Source of the DNA: an uncultured Thermoplasmata archaeon
GTDB lineage: Archaea > Thermoplasmatota > Thermoplasmata > Lutacidiplasmatales > UBA184
Direction: 5' to 3'
NCBI GenBank assembly: GCA_963730815.1
Contig: CAVSTD010000001.1
Span: forward strand, 147,941-211,940
DNA: 64,000 bases
Shown here: one piece after another, positions 53,115-62,711 of the stretch
Numbering within the stretch: position 1 is the first letter of the stretch
Layout of the letters: every line of letters begins with the position of its first letter
Notes under the pieces: generated by a model
The model's database searches: none
What the model saw: only the letters and a program-made list of their open reading frames with translations
What the model was told of the DNA's origin: nothing
Program-made: the position numbers and the translations under genes

Positions 53115-53984
53115 CTACCGCTGTTTCCTAGGCCGCGCGGTATTAGCCTTTTCACTCCGGGTCGCGGAACGCCTCCGCCACGCCAGCACAACGGGGTTTC
53201 CGACCCCGGCCCGGAGGAGGTCCGAGGCACGGCCCTCTCCGACCGCCACCTCGAGGAGGCCGAAGCTCGAGCCGAGGAGACCCAACGCCCCCCGGCCGAG
53301 CGATTCGTAGCTCGTCACGAACGGGGCGGGTCGTCGTCGGGCTCGGCCCAAAGTGAGTTCGACGCGCAGGACTCCCCTCGCCAGCCCTCCGGTCGGAATG
53401 TTGGTCACGAGGTTCCCGAACCGATCCCGGTGGATCACTTTCCCGCGGATCCCGGTCGGGCTGGAGGTAGGCTCGGGGATTGCGTAGGCCTTCGCGGTCG
53501 TGGGCGCGCCCAAGGAGGCAGCGCGACGACCGTTCGCAAGGGTCGCGGCCGCGGGAGCGAAAAGGTCGCGCCCGTCGAACGTGTTGCCCACTCGAGTCGG
53601 TCGCCCGAGTTTCGATGCGTCGATTCGATACGCGCGCTCGAGCCCGAGCTCCCGGGCGAGGGGCATAAGGACGCCGTTGTCCGGCCCCACCAGGATCGGG
53701 CCGGCGCGGGTCGTGATCGCGAGCGGCTGACGTTGACCCCCCACTCCCGGGTCGACGACGGCGACGTGGACCGAGTTCGAAGGAAAGGCGCGGGCCATCT
53801 CGCGGAGGAGGAAGGCCGCCTCGTCGATGTCGTGTGGCGTAAGGTCGTGGGCTAAGTCGACGATTCGGCCCGGGTCCACTCCGCTCGAGATCAACGCGGC
53901 CTTCATCTGGGCGGCGTAGGCCGAGCCCACGTCGCTCGTGAGGGTGACGATCCGGCCGCCGCGCGACCGGGGCGCTGGCGCCAA
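53115..53984 (-). CDS. SAM hydroxide adenosyltransferase family protein (DUF62)
   Basis: [37 protein letters not shown]. Confidence 0.85.
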   Translation of the reverse strand: MAPAPRSRGGRIVTLTSDVGSAYAAQMKAALISSGVDPGRIVDLAHDLTPHDIDEAAFLLREMARAFPSNSVHVAVVDPGVGGQRQPLAITTRAGPILVGPDNGVLMPLARELGLERAYRIDASKLGRPTRVGNTFDGRDLFAPAAATLANGRRAASLGAPTTAKAYAIPEPTSSPTGIRGKVIHRDRFGNLVTNIPTGGLARGVLRVELTLGRARRRPAPFVTSYESLGRGALGLLGSSFGLLEVAVGEGRASDLLRAGVGNPVVLAWRRRSATRSEKANTARPRKQR

Positions 53985-54012
53985 CGGGCCCCGACGAAAG
54001 GCGCTGCGCCGC

Positions 54013-54345
54013 CTACGACTTCATGATCGCGACCAGGAAGATCCCGATCGCCACCAGGGCGCCGATGACGGCGGCCACGATCACGAGGAGCGACTGGAGC
54101 ACGAGCGTGCCGAGTCCTCCCCCGTTGGGTCCGAAGTCCCCGATGTGGTAGAGATAGGCGATGAGGATGCCGACGACCAGTCCGACCACGAGCAGCGCGA
54201 CGCCGATGGTCCGGCTCTTCCCGCTTCCGAAGTAGGCCGTGAAGATCCCGGCCAGGATCAAGAAGAGCGCGAAGACGAGCAGCAAAACGACCAAGAACGC
54301 GTTCCACTGAGTGAAATCCACCGCCGAAGCTACCAGATCGAACAT
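54013..54345 (-). CDS. small membrane protein (3 TM)
   Basis: 110 aa, strongly hydrophobic (FLVVLLLVFALFLILAGIF, IGVALLVVGLVVGILIAYL, LLVIVAAVIGALVAIGIFLV). Confidence 0.5.
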   Translation of the reverse strand: MFDLVASAVDFTQWNAFLVVLLLVFALFLILAGIFTAYFGSGKSRTIGVALLVVGLVVGILIAYLYHIGDFGPNGGGLGTLVLQSLLVIVAAVIGALVAIGIFLVAIMKS

Positions 54346-54359
54346 TTACTTTCCATCCT

Positions 54360-54593
54360 TCAGAATTTGATGCCCGTGAGGGTCTTCGTGTCGATCACGC
54401 CCGACACCGACCGAATCTTGTCGACCACCAGCTGCCCGAGGGCGTTGAAATCCTCGGCTTCGACCTTCGCGATGAGGTCGTACTCCCCAAACAGGGGGTG
54501 GAGCTCGACGATCCCCTTCACCCGGAGGAGCTCGGTGTAGACCTCGTGCTCCTTGGCCGGAGCCGTGCTGATCAGGACGAAGCCTATCGCCAA
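54360..54593 (-). CDS. stand-alone Lrp/AsnC ligand-binding (RAM) domain protein
   Basis: 77 aa. MAIGFVLISTAPAKEHEVYTELLRVKGIVELHPLFGEYDLIAKVEAEDFNALGQLV. Confidence 0.8.
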   Translation of the reverse strand: MAIGFVLISTAPAKEHEVYTELLRVKGIVELHPLFGEYDLIAKVEAEDFNALGQLVVDKIRSVSGVIDTKTLTGIKF

Positions 54594-54743
54594 GCGGAAA
54601 CTCCCTCGAGGGGCGGCAAGACGTCCCCCAGCTAATAAGCGTGTCGAGGAAGGAGAGGCCGTGCGCCCTCAGGGAACTGCCTCCCCGACCCCTGTCACCA
54701 CTCGAATGAGGGCCGCTTAAGTAAGCGTCGTTTAGCGAACAGT

Positions 54744-56147
54744 TTGGAGATGGCACTTTCGCTGCGGACCTGGCCGAGTCGGCTGCTGGCCCGCCCCTGG
54801 TTGCTCGCGTTCGTTCCGATCAACGCCGCCACGGCCGGATTCGGAGTCGTGCTACCGCTCGTCATCCTGATCACCCTGCATGGCACGTGGGCCGACGTCG
54901 CGCTCGCAGCGACCCTGTTCAACAGCGCCGTCATCCTCATGTCGGTGGTCTGGGGCCACCTCTCGGACAAGTACCCGGTCCGCCGTACCTTCCTCGTCAT
55001 CAACTTCGCCGGGTACGGCCTGCTCTACGCGTTGCTCTCGGTCGTGCACACGCTGCCAGACCTGTTCGCGATCTACGCCGTCATCGGCGCGATCGCCCCC
55101 GCCGGTGCGAGCGCGTCCAACCTCCTCATCCTCGAGAAGTTCAGCGAGCGGGAACGTCCGAACGCCTTCGCGTCGTTCCAGGAGATGAGCATGATCGGCT
55201 CGATCCTCGGGGTGCTGCTCGGCTACTTCTGGACGCTGGCCTCCGACGCCCTGCTCAACCTGTTGCTCCTCATGGCCGGCCTCGCCCTCGTCAGCGCGGT
55301 CGCGATCTGGTTCGGGATCAAAGAGGGACCCCGGACCCTCAAGACCCTGAACGTCGCCCGCCACCCCGAGAGTCTGCTCTCCCGAATTCGGGAGAGCACC
55401 GCGTTTCGGGTCGCCATTCCCTTCTTCCCGACTCGACCGGCCCTCGGCCCGCGCCCGTGGAGCCGGTTCCGCACGTGGGTGCGGGCCGAGGTCCACCATG
55501 AGCTTCCCCTCATCATGGCCGCGTCGTTCCTGTTCAACCTCTCCTCGAACCTCTTCAACATCTCCTACACGCCGTACCTCTATTCCGCAGGGCTCGCGGC
55601 CTCGTCGATCTTCCTCGTGAACGTTTCCAACAACTTCGCCCAGACGCTCATTTTCCCGTTCACCGGCGGATTCTCCGTCCGTTCGGGTTCGGACCGTCTC
55701 GTCCAACGGGCAACGTACCTTCGCGCGATCGGTTACCTGGCCACGGCCGGCTTCACGTTCGCGGTCTTCAGCGAACCGGCGGCGTTCGAAGCGAACCTCG
55801 CCATCTACGCCCTCCTCGGCGGGGCGATCGCGGTCTACACGACCGCGAGTTCCCTCATCCTCTTCCGGGGGTTGGTGGGCCGGGACGCCGGCAGCATCAT
55901 CGGCGTCAACACCGCGCTCGGGGGCGTCGCGGCGGTCGCCGGCGCGGGGCTCTCGGGGGTTCTCGCTCTCTTCGGAAGTTTCCGCCTCGTGTTCCTCGTG
56001 TCGGGCGGCCTCTTGCTCGTCTCGCTGCCGCTTTGGACCGCCGCGACGGTCGCGTACACCCGACGCAAGTACGGCTCGCCGATCCGGGTGCCCGAACAGC
56101 CGGTCACGCCGGCCGTCGACGCCGGCGCGGCCGCGAAGGCCCCTTGA
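54744..56147 (+). CDS. MFS transporter
   Basis: 467 aa, about 12 TM helices, GHLSDKYPVRR loop motif. Confidence 0.8.
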   Translation: MEMALSLRTWPSRLLARPWLLAFVPINAATAGFGVVLPLVILITLHGTWADVALAATLFNSAVILMSVVWGHLSDKYPVRRTFLVINFAGYGLLYALLSVVHTLPDLFAIYAVIGAIAPAGASASNLLILEKFSERERPNAFASFQEMSMIGSILGVLLGYFWTLASDALLNLLLLMAGLALVSAVAIWFGIKEGPRTLKTLNVARHPESLLSRIRESTAFRVAIPFFPTRPALGPRPWSRFRTWVRAEVHHELPLIMAASFLFNLSSNLFNISYTPYLYSAGLAASSIFLVNVSNNFAQTLIFPFTGGFSVRSGSDRLVQRATYLRAIGYLATAGFTFAVFSEPAAFEANLAIYALLGGAIAVYTTASSLILFRGLVGRDAGSIIGVNTALGGVAAVAGAGLSGVLALFGSFRLVFLVSGGLLLVSLPLWTAATVAYTRRKYGSPIRVPEQPVTPAVDAGAAAKAP

Positions 56148-56565
56148 GGGAGCGGGCGGACCCTGCTCTCCCCGAGGCAGCGCGTCCGGGGTCGTCCATC
56201 CGGACGACCTTCATCAACGGGTATCGGAGGTCGGGACGATGCTGGAGTCGCGCCTCGACGCCCGTCGGGCCGTCCACGAGCCGCACCCGGACGTCCAGCA
56301 TCTCGGGAGTGAGGTATCGGTAGGCGAACCGCCCCCGCCCGAGCGGTCCTCCGCGGTCCGGCTGGATGTGCACCGTGACCCGACGGACGAACGGTTGCAG
56401 CCCAACGGCCGCCTCGATCGCGCGCGAGAGCGACCCGGCGGTGCGATTCGATACCGGGATGCCGAGATACTGGTGAAACACGCCGCCGAGCTTGATGCCG
56501 GCCTCGAAGAGGAGCGTCTCCCGACGCGAGAGGCGCGGGGCGCGACCGGAATCGGATGCCGTCAT
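56104..56565 (-). CDS. putative archaeal dihydroneopterin aldolase MptD-family protein (COG2098-like)
   Basis: ATG 56565 overlaps the pssA stop (ATGA). RETLLFEAGIKLGGVFHQYLGIPVS..LSRAIEAAVGLQPFV resembles my recollection of the MptD family. The assignment is tentative. Confidence 0.45.
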   Translation of the reverse strand: MTASDSGRAPRLSRRETLLFEAGIKLGGVFHQYLGIPVSNRTAGSLSRAIEAAVGLQPFVRRVTVHIQPDRGGPLGRGRFAYRYLTPEMLDVRVRLVDGPTGVEARLQHRPDLRYPLMKVVRMDDPGRAASGRAGSARSLKGPSRPRRRRRPA

Positions 56566-57320
56566 GGTTTCGCGGGAGCGTTCGCGGGCTCTCGAGGAAC
56601 GGTGAACGGTCCGAGGAGATAGTAGCTCGCCACTCCGACGAGGAACACGACGGCGGCCGCATACGTCACGTTGTAGAGGAGCGAGCCCGCCGAAAGCTGG
56701 AACTGGAGGGGCACGAGGGCGATCGCGGCCGCGATGGCGGTGGCCGCCATCGGAATGCGGAGAGGGTTCCCGCGTCGGATCTTCGGGTAGCGCACCGGGA
56801 CCACCATCATGACCGAGAGAACGGCGACGCCGACGAGGAGCCCGATCGGCTGGACGCTCTGGAAGGCCGGAGTATCGTGGAAGAGAAGTGCGACCACGAG
56901 CGCGAGGGCGCTCTGCGGCGTGGGGATGCCGAGGAAGTACGGGCGGTCGAAGGCCCGGAGCGTGAAGTACACCAAGCGGGCGACGGCGGCGATGAGATAG
57001 GCGGCCGCGAGGGCGAGGGCCACCGGTTCCCACGGTTGCCATGTCCCGACATCGCCCGTATGGACCGCGATCAGGAATGCCGGGGCGACTCCAAAGGAGA
57101 CCGCGTCCGCGACCGAGTCGGCGATGCGGCCGAATCGACTCGGTGGGGCGGCGCTGCGGCGCGAGAAGATCCCGTCCAGTCCGTCGAACCCGATCGCGCA
57201 GACGATGAGCAGCATCGCCCAGAGCTTGTTGCCGGCGAGGACGTAGAGGACCGCCGCGATCCCGAGCACCGCGTTCGACAGCGTCGCGAGATTCGCCGAC
57301 ACCCTCCAGCGGTCGGTCAC
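56562..57320 (-). CDS. pssA: CDP-alcohol phosphatidyltransferase (archaetidylserine synthase type)
   Basis: DGLDGIFSRR..GRIADSVADAVSFG matches D-G-x2-A-R-x8-G-x3-D-x3-D. Located next to psd. Confidence 0.8.
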   Translation of the reverse strand: MTDRWRVSANLATLSNAVLGIAAVLYVLAGNKLWAMLLIVCAIGFDGLDGIFSRRSAAPPSRFGRIADSVADAVSFGVAPAFLIAVHTGDVGTWQPWEPVALALAAAYLIAAVARLVYFTLRAFDRPYFLGIPTPQSALALVVALLFHDTPAFQSVQPIGLLVGVAVLSVMMVVPVRYPKIRRGNPLRIPMAATAIAAAIALVPLQFQLSAGSLLYNVTYAAAVVFLVGVASYYLLGPFTVPREPANAPAKP

Positions 57321-57943
57321 GGCGTCTCCCGAGCGATCGAGCTCGACCCGGCCCGCACCCGGTCTCCAACCCGGACCACCGGTGTGGCGCGGTCCGCGGG
57401 AAGCAGGACGTCGACCCGAGAGCCGAGAACGATCATCCCGAGCCGATCTCCCTTCCGTCCACCGGAACCCACCTTCACGAAGGAGACCAGCCGTCGCGCC
57501 ACGACCCCGGTGATCTGAACGACCTCGACGGGCCCGAGGGCGGTCGCGAGACCGTAGCGTCGCTGAACGTTGCGGTCGGCGTCCGGTCGGTACGCGGCCC
57601 GGAAGCCGAGTCCGCTGCCCTCGATCGCCAGCACCTTTCCGTCCACCGGGAATCGGTTCACGTGGACGTTCGTGACGTTCATGAACACCGAGATCCGCCA
57701 GAGGTTCCCCTCGCGCTCGACGGCGCGGACGCGGCCGTCCGCCGCGGAGACGATGCCGTCGCCGGCCGAGCGCTCAGGGTCCCGGAAGAAGACCGCGAAG
57801 AACAACCAGACCGCAAGGCCGGCCGCGAGTAGCGCGACCCACGCGAGCGACAGCGGAACGACGCCGACCACGGGGAGCGCCGCGAGGACGAGAAGAACCG
57901 CGGCCGCGGCCCCCAAGTAGCGGCCCGCGCCCGGCGCGAACAC
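57317..57943 (-). CDS. psd: archaetidylserine/phosphatidylserine decarboxylase (short archaeal type)
   Basis: 208 aa. N-terminal TMs, VFMNVTNVHVNRFPVDG, LGSRVDVLLP (G-S cleavage-site region). 4-nt overlap with pssA. Confidence 0.8.
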   Translation of the reverse strand: MFAPGAGRYLGAAAAVLLVLAALPVVGVVPLSLAWVALLAAGLAVWLFFAVFFRDPERSAGDGIVSAADGRVRAVEREGNLWRISVFMNVTNVHVNRFPVDGKVLAIEGSGLGFRAAYRPDADRNVQRRYGLATALGPVEVVQITGVVARRLVSFVKVGSGGRKGDRLGMIVLGSRVDVLLPADRATPVVRVGDRVRAGSSSIARETP

Positions 57944-57947
57944 GCGC

Positions 57948-58259
57948 TTAACCGGTGAGCACGATCTCGATGTTGACGCCGTCGGGCACCTGGATCCGCA
58001 TCACCTGGCGGAGCGCACGCTCGTCGGCATCGATGTCGATCAGCCGCTTGTGGATCCGCATCTCCCAGTGGTCGATGGTACTGGTGCCACCGCCGTCCGG
58101 GCCTTTGCGGACCGGAACCTTGAGCTTCTTCGTCGGGAGCGGGATCGGCCCGGCGATGGCGACCCCGGTCTTCTGGGAGATCTCGCGGATCTGCTTGCAG
58201 ATGGAGTCGACCTTGCGGGAGTCGGTGCCGCTCAGCGAGATCCGGGCCTTCTGCGGCAT
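57948..58259 (-). CDS. rps10: 30S ribosomal protein S10 (uS10)
   Basis: 103 aa. [20 protein letters not shown]...[13 protein letters not shown]. Confidence 0.95.
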   Translation of the reverse strand: MPQKARISLSGTDSRKVDSICKQIREISQKTGVAIAGPIPLPTKKLKVPVRKGPDGGGTSTIDHWEMRIHKRLIDIDADERALRQVMRIQVPDGVNIEIVLTG

Positions 58260-58302
58260 CGATAGCCCCTCCCGCTCGCCCGCCCGTCCGCCCCCAAGAG
58301 GC

Positions 58303-59580
58303 TTACTCGCGCTTCTTGAGGTCGACGACGACGCCCGCCGCGACCGTCTGACCCATGTCCCGGACGGCGAAGCGTCCGAGCTGGGGGAACTCTTTGTACT
58401 TCTCGATGACGAGCGGGCGCTTCGGCGTGATCTTCACGACCGCCGCGTCCCCGGTCTTGAGCGTCTGGGGGTTCTCCTCCGCGACCTGGCCGGTCTTGGG
58501 GTCAAGGCGCTTCAAAAGCTCGGTGAACTCGCAGGCGACCTGCGCCGTGTGGCAGTGGAAGACCGGTGCGTACCCGACCGTGATGACGCTGGGGTGGTTG
58601 AGCACCTGGATGTTCGCGGTAAAACTCTCCACGACGGTCGGAGGGTTCGAGACCGGCCCGGCGACCTCGCCGCGGTGGATATCGTTCTTGTCGATCCCGC
58701 GGACGTTGAAGCCGATGTTGTCGCCCGGAACGGCCTCCGTGACCGCCTCGTGGTGCATCTCGATCGACTTCACTTCGCCGGACTTGCCGCCGGGGAGGAA
58801 GATGATCTTGTCGCCGACCTTGAGCGTACCCGTCTCGACGCGACCGACGGGGACGGTTCCGATACCGGTGATCGTGTAGACGTCTTGGATCGGAAGCCGG
58901 AGCGGCTTACCCGTGGGCTTCTCGGGAACCTTGAGCGCGTCCAGCGCCGCGAGGAGTGTGGGGCCCTTGAACCAGGCCATGTTCGGGCTCGCCTTGTTGA
59001 TGTTGTCGTCCTTGAACGCCGAGATCGGGACGAACGCGACCTGATCGGCGACCTTGAACCCGACGTTCTTGAGGAGCTTCGTGAGCTCCTCCTTGACCTC
59101 CTCGTACTTCTTCTCGGAGTAGGCGACTTCCTGCCGGTCCATCTTGTTGATCGCGCAGATGAGCTGGTTGACGCCGAGCGTACGGGCGAGGAAGATGTGC
59201 TCCCGGGTCTGCTCCTGGACCCCTTCGGCGGCGGAACACACGAGCACGGCCGCGTCGGCCTGGCTCGTCCCCGTGATCATGTTCTTGACGAAGTCGCGGT
59301 GACCGGGCGCGTCGATGATGGTGAAGTAGTACTTCTGGGTGTCAAAGCGACGGTGCGCGATGTCGATTGTGACGCCGCGTTCCCGTTCTTCCTTGAGGTC
59401 GTCCATGACCCAGGCGAACTCGAACGTCGCCTTCCCCTTCGCTTCGGCTTCCTGACGGTACTTGTCGATCTCCTCCTGGCGAATGTAGCCGGTATCGAGG
59501 AGAAGGCGACCGACCGTGGTGGACTTCCCGTGGTCAACGTGTCCGATGAAGACGATGTTGAGGTGAGGCTTCTGCGCCAT
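58303..59580 (-). CDS. tuf: translation elongation factor EF-1 alpha
   Basis: 425 aa. [21 protein letters not shown]. Confidence 0.97.
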   Translation of the reverse strand: MAQKPHLNIVFIGHVDHGKSTTVGRLLLDTGYIRQEEIDKYRQEAEAKGKATFEFAWVMDDLKEERERGVTIDIAHRRFDTQKYYFTIIDAPGHRDFVKNMITGTSQADAAVLVCSAAEGVQEQTREHIFLARTLGVNQLICAINKMDRQEVAYSEKKYEEVKEELTKLLKNVGFKVADQVAFVPISAFKDDNINKASPNMAWFKGPTLLAALDALKVPEKPTGKPLRLPIQDVYTITGIGTVPVGRVETGTLKVGDKIIFLPGGKSGEVKSIEMHHEAVTEAVPGDNIGFNVRGIDKNDIHRGEVAGPVSNPPTVVESFTANIQVLNHPSVITVGYAPVFHCHTAQVACEFTELLKRLDPKTGQVAEENPQTLKTGDAAVVKITPKRPLVIEKYKEFPQLGRFAVRDMGQTVAAGVVVDLKKRE

Positions 59581-59613
59581 TTTCTGAGGGCTCCGCGCGC
59601 GGCCAGTTGGTCC

Positions 59614-59625
59614 CCCTATATAGGC
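59614..59625 (-). promoter_or_regulatory. TATA box of the EF-1alpha/S10 transcription unit
   Basis: Palindromic CCTATATAGG centred about 40 nt upstream of ATG 59580, in an otherwise GC-rich spacer. Confidence 0.5.
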
Positions 59626-59748
59626 ATTGTCTCCGCGCGCCTCCGAGAGAGGCCGTCGTCCGCGTTTCCCCGGCGGTGAGGTGCCGCGGGGGCGAGTTCT
59701 GCTCGAAGGCCCGGACCTCGCTGCGCCTCGAGGCCCGGCCGTTGAGTC

Positions 59749-60174
59749 CTACAGGTCCGGCGCGAGGAAGATCTCGTTGCCGTCGGGGTCACGAACCGTC
59801 GCGAACCAGCCCCACGTCTCCTTCTTTGGTCCTTCTACGAACTCGACCCCGTTCGCCTTCAGTTCTCCGCAGGCGGCGACAAAATCTCGTCCAGGAACTC
59901 GAAGCAGGATGCCGGAGTTGCCGGGTTCGAGCGGAGCCTTTTCATCAAATTCCCCGACCGCGCACAGGTGCAGCATCCCGCCCTTCCCTTTGCGGCCGAC
60001 GACAACCCAGTGGTCCATGCTCTCGACCACCTCGAGACCGAGATTGCGGGTGTACCATTCGGTCGCCTTCTTGCGGTCCGAGACCACGACCGCTACGGTG
60101 GATACTGCGGACTTCGGCAACGCGGACTTTCCACGGACCGGCGACTTTCCCTTCCCCTGCTTCTTCGCGGGCAT
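59749..60174 (-). CDS. VOC-family (glyoxalase/bleomycin-resistance fold) protein
   Basis: 141 aa. Lys-rich N-tail, then VAVVVSDRKKATEWYTRNLGLEVV...FATVRDPDGNEIFL. Confidence 0.8.
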   Translation of the reverse strand: MPAKKQGKGKSPVRGKSALPKSAVSTVAVVVSDRKKATEWYTRNLGLEVVESMDHWVVVGRKGKGGMLHLCAVGEFDEKAPLEPGNSGILLRVPGRDFVAACGELKANGVEFVEGPKKETWGWFATVRDPDGNEIFLAPDL

Positions 60175-60264
60175 GATGCGACCTCTGCGGGGGGATGCCG
60201 ACTCCCTCTTCTTGAAGGCGAGGTAGGATGCTGAAACGGTCCAGACTCACGGGCGTCACAGAGG

Positions 60265-60278
60265 AAAAAGATATATCG
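60265..60278 (+). promoter_or_regulatory. BRE/TATA of padR (leaderless)
   Basis: GAAAAAGATATATC. The TATA centre is about 31 nt upstream of ATG 60304. Confidence 0.5.
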
Positions 60279-60301
60279 AATAAACGATATCGGAATTTCG
60301 A
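60274..60301 (+). promoter_or_regulatory. 28-nt block shared with the ABC-2 operon promoter (candidate operator)
   Basis: TATCGAATAAACGATATCGGAATTTCGA versus 31815-31842 TATCGCAATTTCGATATCGGAATGTCGA. This is 22/28 identical without gaps and includes the 12-mer CGATATCGGAAT with palindromic core CGATATCG. Confidence 0.4.
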
Positions 60302-60303
60302 GT

Positions 60304-60750
60304 ATGTGGGCGTACGGTTGGGGTTCGAAGCGGCATCGCGGCCTCCGGGTCTGGGTACTCCAGCTCCTCGGACGGGGACCGATGAATGGGGCAGAGATCA
60401 TGGAAGAGATGGACCGGATGACGATGGGCTGGTGGCGGCCCTCTCCCGGCTCGATCTATCCTCTCCTCGAGCAGCTTGTGGAGGAGAAGCTCGTCCGCAA
60501 GCGGGACGATGGCCGCTACGAGGTGACGGAAGCAGCCCGACGCGGTCCCGACTGGACCCACGGTCCGATGCAGCGCGGGCCTCGGACTCCCCAGGACGCC
60601 CTCGCAGAAATGGAATCGTACCTGGCGTTCCTGGAGGATCTGGGAAGCGGCGGAAAGGCCAATCTGAGCGAGTTCGTTCCTCGCCTGAAGGCGGTATCGA
60701 AGCGGCTCGACGACCTCGCCGGTCGGGCGAGCCAAGGGAGTTCTCCATGA
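60304..60750 (+). CDS. PadR-family transcriptional regulator
   Basis: LRVWVLQLLGRGPMNGAEIMEEM...SPGSIYPLLEQLVEEKLVRKR winged helix. Leaderless spacing from AAAGATATAT. Confidence 0.85.
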   Translation: MWAYGWGSKRHRGLRVWVLQLLGRGPMNGAEIMEEMDRMTMGWWRPSPGSIYPLLEQLVEEKLVRKRDDGRYEVTEAARRGPDWTHGPMQRGPRTPQDALAEMESYLAFLEDLGSGGKANLSEFVPRLKAVSKRLDDLAGRASQGSSP

Positions 60751-60793
60751 TCACTCCGCCCCCGCCGATCGCGGATGGGCACGGAGGGGGCGC

Positions 60794-61078
60794 ATGAACG
60801 GTCCGGAATTCCTTTCCGGACCGGAGGAATCGGGACACTTCTTCCGGGGTCTCAAAGCGCGCATCGTCGCCACCGTCGCGCTGCTCGTGGGAGGGCTTTG
60901 CTGGGTGATCCTCTACCTCGCGTTCCTCGCCGGTCATTTCGCCTGGTACCAGAATCTCGCGATCGTCCTGGTCTCGTTCCTGGTCGTCCCGGCGGTCGTG
61001 GTCGTGATGTGGATCTACTGGGGCGTCTCCGTGGGTCGCCGATTCGGCCACGCATTCTGGCACGACGATTTCCCCTGA
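60794..61078 (+). CDS. small membrane protein (2 TM) downstream of padR
   Basis: 94 aa. VATVALLVGGLCWVILYLAFLAG and LAIVLVSFLVVPAVVVVMWIYW. Confidence 0.45.
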   Translation: MNGPEFLSGPEESGHFFRGLKARIVATVALLVGGLCWVILYLAFLAGHFAWYQNLAIVLVSFLVVPAVVVVMWIYWGVSVGRRFGHAFWHDDFP

Positions 61079-61124
61079 GGGCTCGACGACCTTCGAACCC
61101 GGACTTCGTCCTCGAGGGGTCGCC

Positions 61125-61691
61125 ATGGGAACCGAGTATCGGCCGTCCGCCCGAGACCGGCTGCGAGTACGCGCGCGGCGGGCGCTGCTCGAGCGGATTC
61201 GCTCGCTGCTCGCCCCCGAAGGTTTACGCCTCCTCGACCTCGGGGGAGGTACGGGAGCGGCCACGGTGGTCTTTGCCGCGGGGGGCCAAGAGCGAATCGT
61301 TCTCGAGCCGGAGGAACGAAGGGTCGCCCAGGGACGCGCGGCGCACGCTCCGGTGACGTTCGTGAGCGGGGTGGCCGAATCGTTGCCGTTCGAGGACGGT
61401 CGCTTCGACCGGGTGGTCTCGTTGATGTCGTTCCACCATTTCACCGATGGCGACCGCGCCCTCCGCGAGGCCTTTCGAGTCCTAGCGCCGGGAGGCCGAT
61501 TCGTGCTCTATGATTTCGACCCCGCTACGCCCAGGGGTCGGTGGATTGCGTTCTTCGAAGGACGGGTGATGCGCCATTCGTTCGCCTTCGCGGCCCCGGT
61601 GGACCTCGAACGTCGAGCGCTGGCCGCTGGCTTCCGAGCAGCGCGGAGAGAATCGTTCGGCTCGGGAGCCTTCGTGATCGCGGAGCGCTAA
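61125..61691 (+). CDS. class I SAM-dependent methyltransferase (Methyltransf_11-like)
   Basis: LLDLGGGTGAAT, FDRVVSLMSFHHF, LAPGGRFVLYDF. Confidence 0.8.
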   Translation: MGTEYRPSARDRLRVRARRALLERIRSLLAPEGLRLLDLGGGTGAATVVFAAGGQERIVLEPEERRVAQGRAAHAPVTFVSGVAESLPFEDGRFDRVVSLMSFHHFTDGDRALREAFRVLAPGGRFVLYDFDPATPRGRWIAFFEGRVMRHSFAFAAPVDLERRALAAGFRAARRESFGSGAFVIAER

Positions 61692-61760
61692 GATCGGCCC
61701 CGTCGGCGAAACCGCTTTAGCGACTCCCCCCGTCGGTCGGTCCTCCTCGGGGCGGAGCTC

Positions 61761-62246
61761 GTGCCGGACCCAGTCTCTTCTACGGTCAGCGCGTCGCGCG
61801 CCTCCACGGCCCGACTCATGGTGCCGACGGACACGAACTTCATGGGCAACGTCTTCGGAGGGCACATCCTCGACGAGATCGACCGGGTGGCGTACATCGC
61901 GGCGAGCCGCCACGCGAAGGCGACGTGCGTGACCGCCTCCTTCGACCGCGTCGACTTCTTGGCGCCCGTCCACGTCGGGGACGTGGTCGATTTCGACGCC
62001 GAACTGACGTATGTGGGGACCTCATCGATGGAAGTCTGGGTGCGAGTGCGCGCGGAAGCCATTCAGGGCGCGGAACCCCGCGCCGTCGGGGAGGCGTTCG
62101 TGACGATGGTCGCGGTCGACCCCAACGGCCGCCCTCGGCCGGTCCCCCAGTTGATCCTCGAGACCGTGGAGGAACGTCTGAGATTCGAGGAGGGGCGACG
62201 GCGCATGGAAGAGCGACGGCGCACTCGTCATGCCCGACCGGAGTAG
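61761..62246 (+). CDS. acyl-CoA thioesterase (hotdog fold)
   Basis: MVPTDTNFMGNVFGGHILDEIDRVAYIAA..TASFDRVDFLAPVHVGD.. Confidence 0.85.
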   Translation: MPDPVSSTVSASRASTARLMVPTDTNFMGNVFGGHILDEIDRVAYIAASRHAKATCVTASFDRVDFLAPVHVGDVVDFDAELTYVGTSSMEVWVRVRAEAIQGAEPRAVGEAFVTMVAVDPNGRPRPVPQLILETVEERLRFEEGRRRMEERRRTRHARPE

Positions 62247-62255
62247 GAGACCACG

Positions 62256-62711
62256 ATGCTCTGCGAAATGTGTGGGAAAGAAGTCCCCCTGACGACCCGG
62301 ACCCGTCTAGAGGGGTCGGTCCTCTCGCTCTGTCCCGATTGCTCTAAGTTCGGGACCCCCGTCGACCCGGTGCCGAGTCCCCCGACCGCAGCGCCCCCGG
62401 GCGCGCGGTTCCGGCCGGGGATGGCCGTGACCCATCCCTCGGGACCCGGACGACGCCTCGAGGAACGGGACCTCTACCAAGAAATCGGCGAGATGGAGCT
62501 CGCGGCGGATTGGAACAAGCGGATCCGCGTGGCGCGCGAATCCCATTCATGGACTCCGGAGGAGTTCGGCAAGAAGCTCAACGAGAAGAAGTCGGTCGTC
62601 CTCAAGATCGAGTCCGGTTCGTTCCGGCCTCCGGACGCTCTGGTGCGCAAGATTGAGCACCTGCTCAAAGTGCGTCTGCGCGCCGAGCCGGAACCCGCCG
62701 GTCAGCGCTGA
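62256..62711 (+). CDS. archaeal multiprotein-bridging factor 1 (zinc ribbon + HTH)
   Basis: N-terminal CEMCGK..CPDCSK. C-terminal HTH IRVARESHSWTPEEFGKKLNEKKSVVLKIESG. Confidence 0.75.
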   Translation: MLCEMCGKEVPLTTRTRLEGSVLSLCPDCSKFGTPVDPVPSPPTAAPPGARFRPGMAVTHPSGPGRRLEERDLYQEIGEMELAADWNKRIRVARESHSWTPEEFGKKLNEKKSVVLKIESGSFRPPDALVRKIEHLLKVRLRAEPEPAGQR

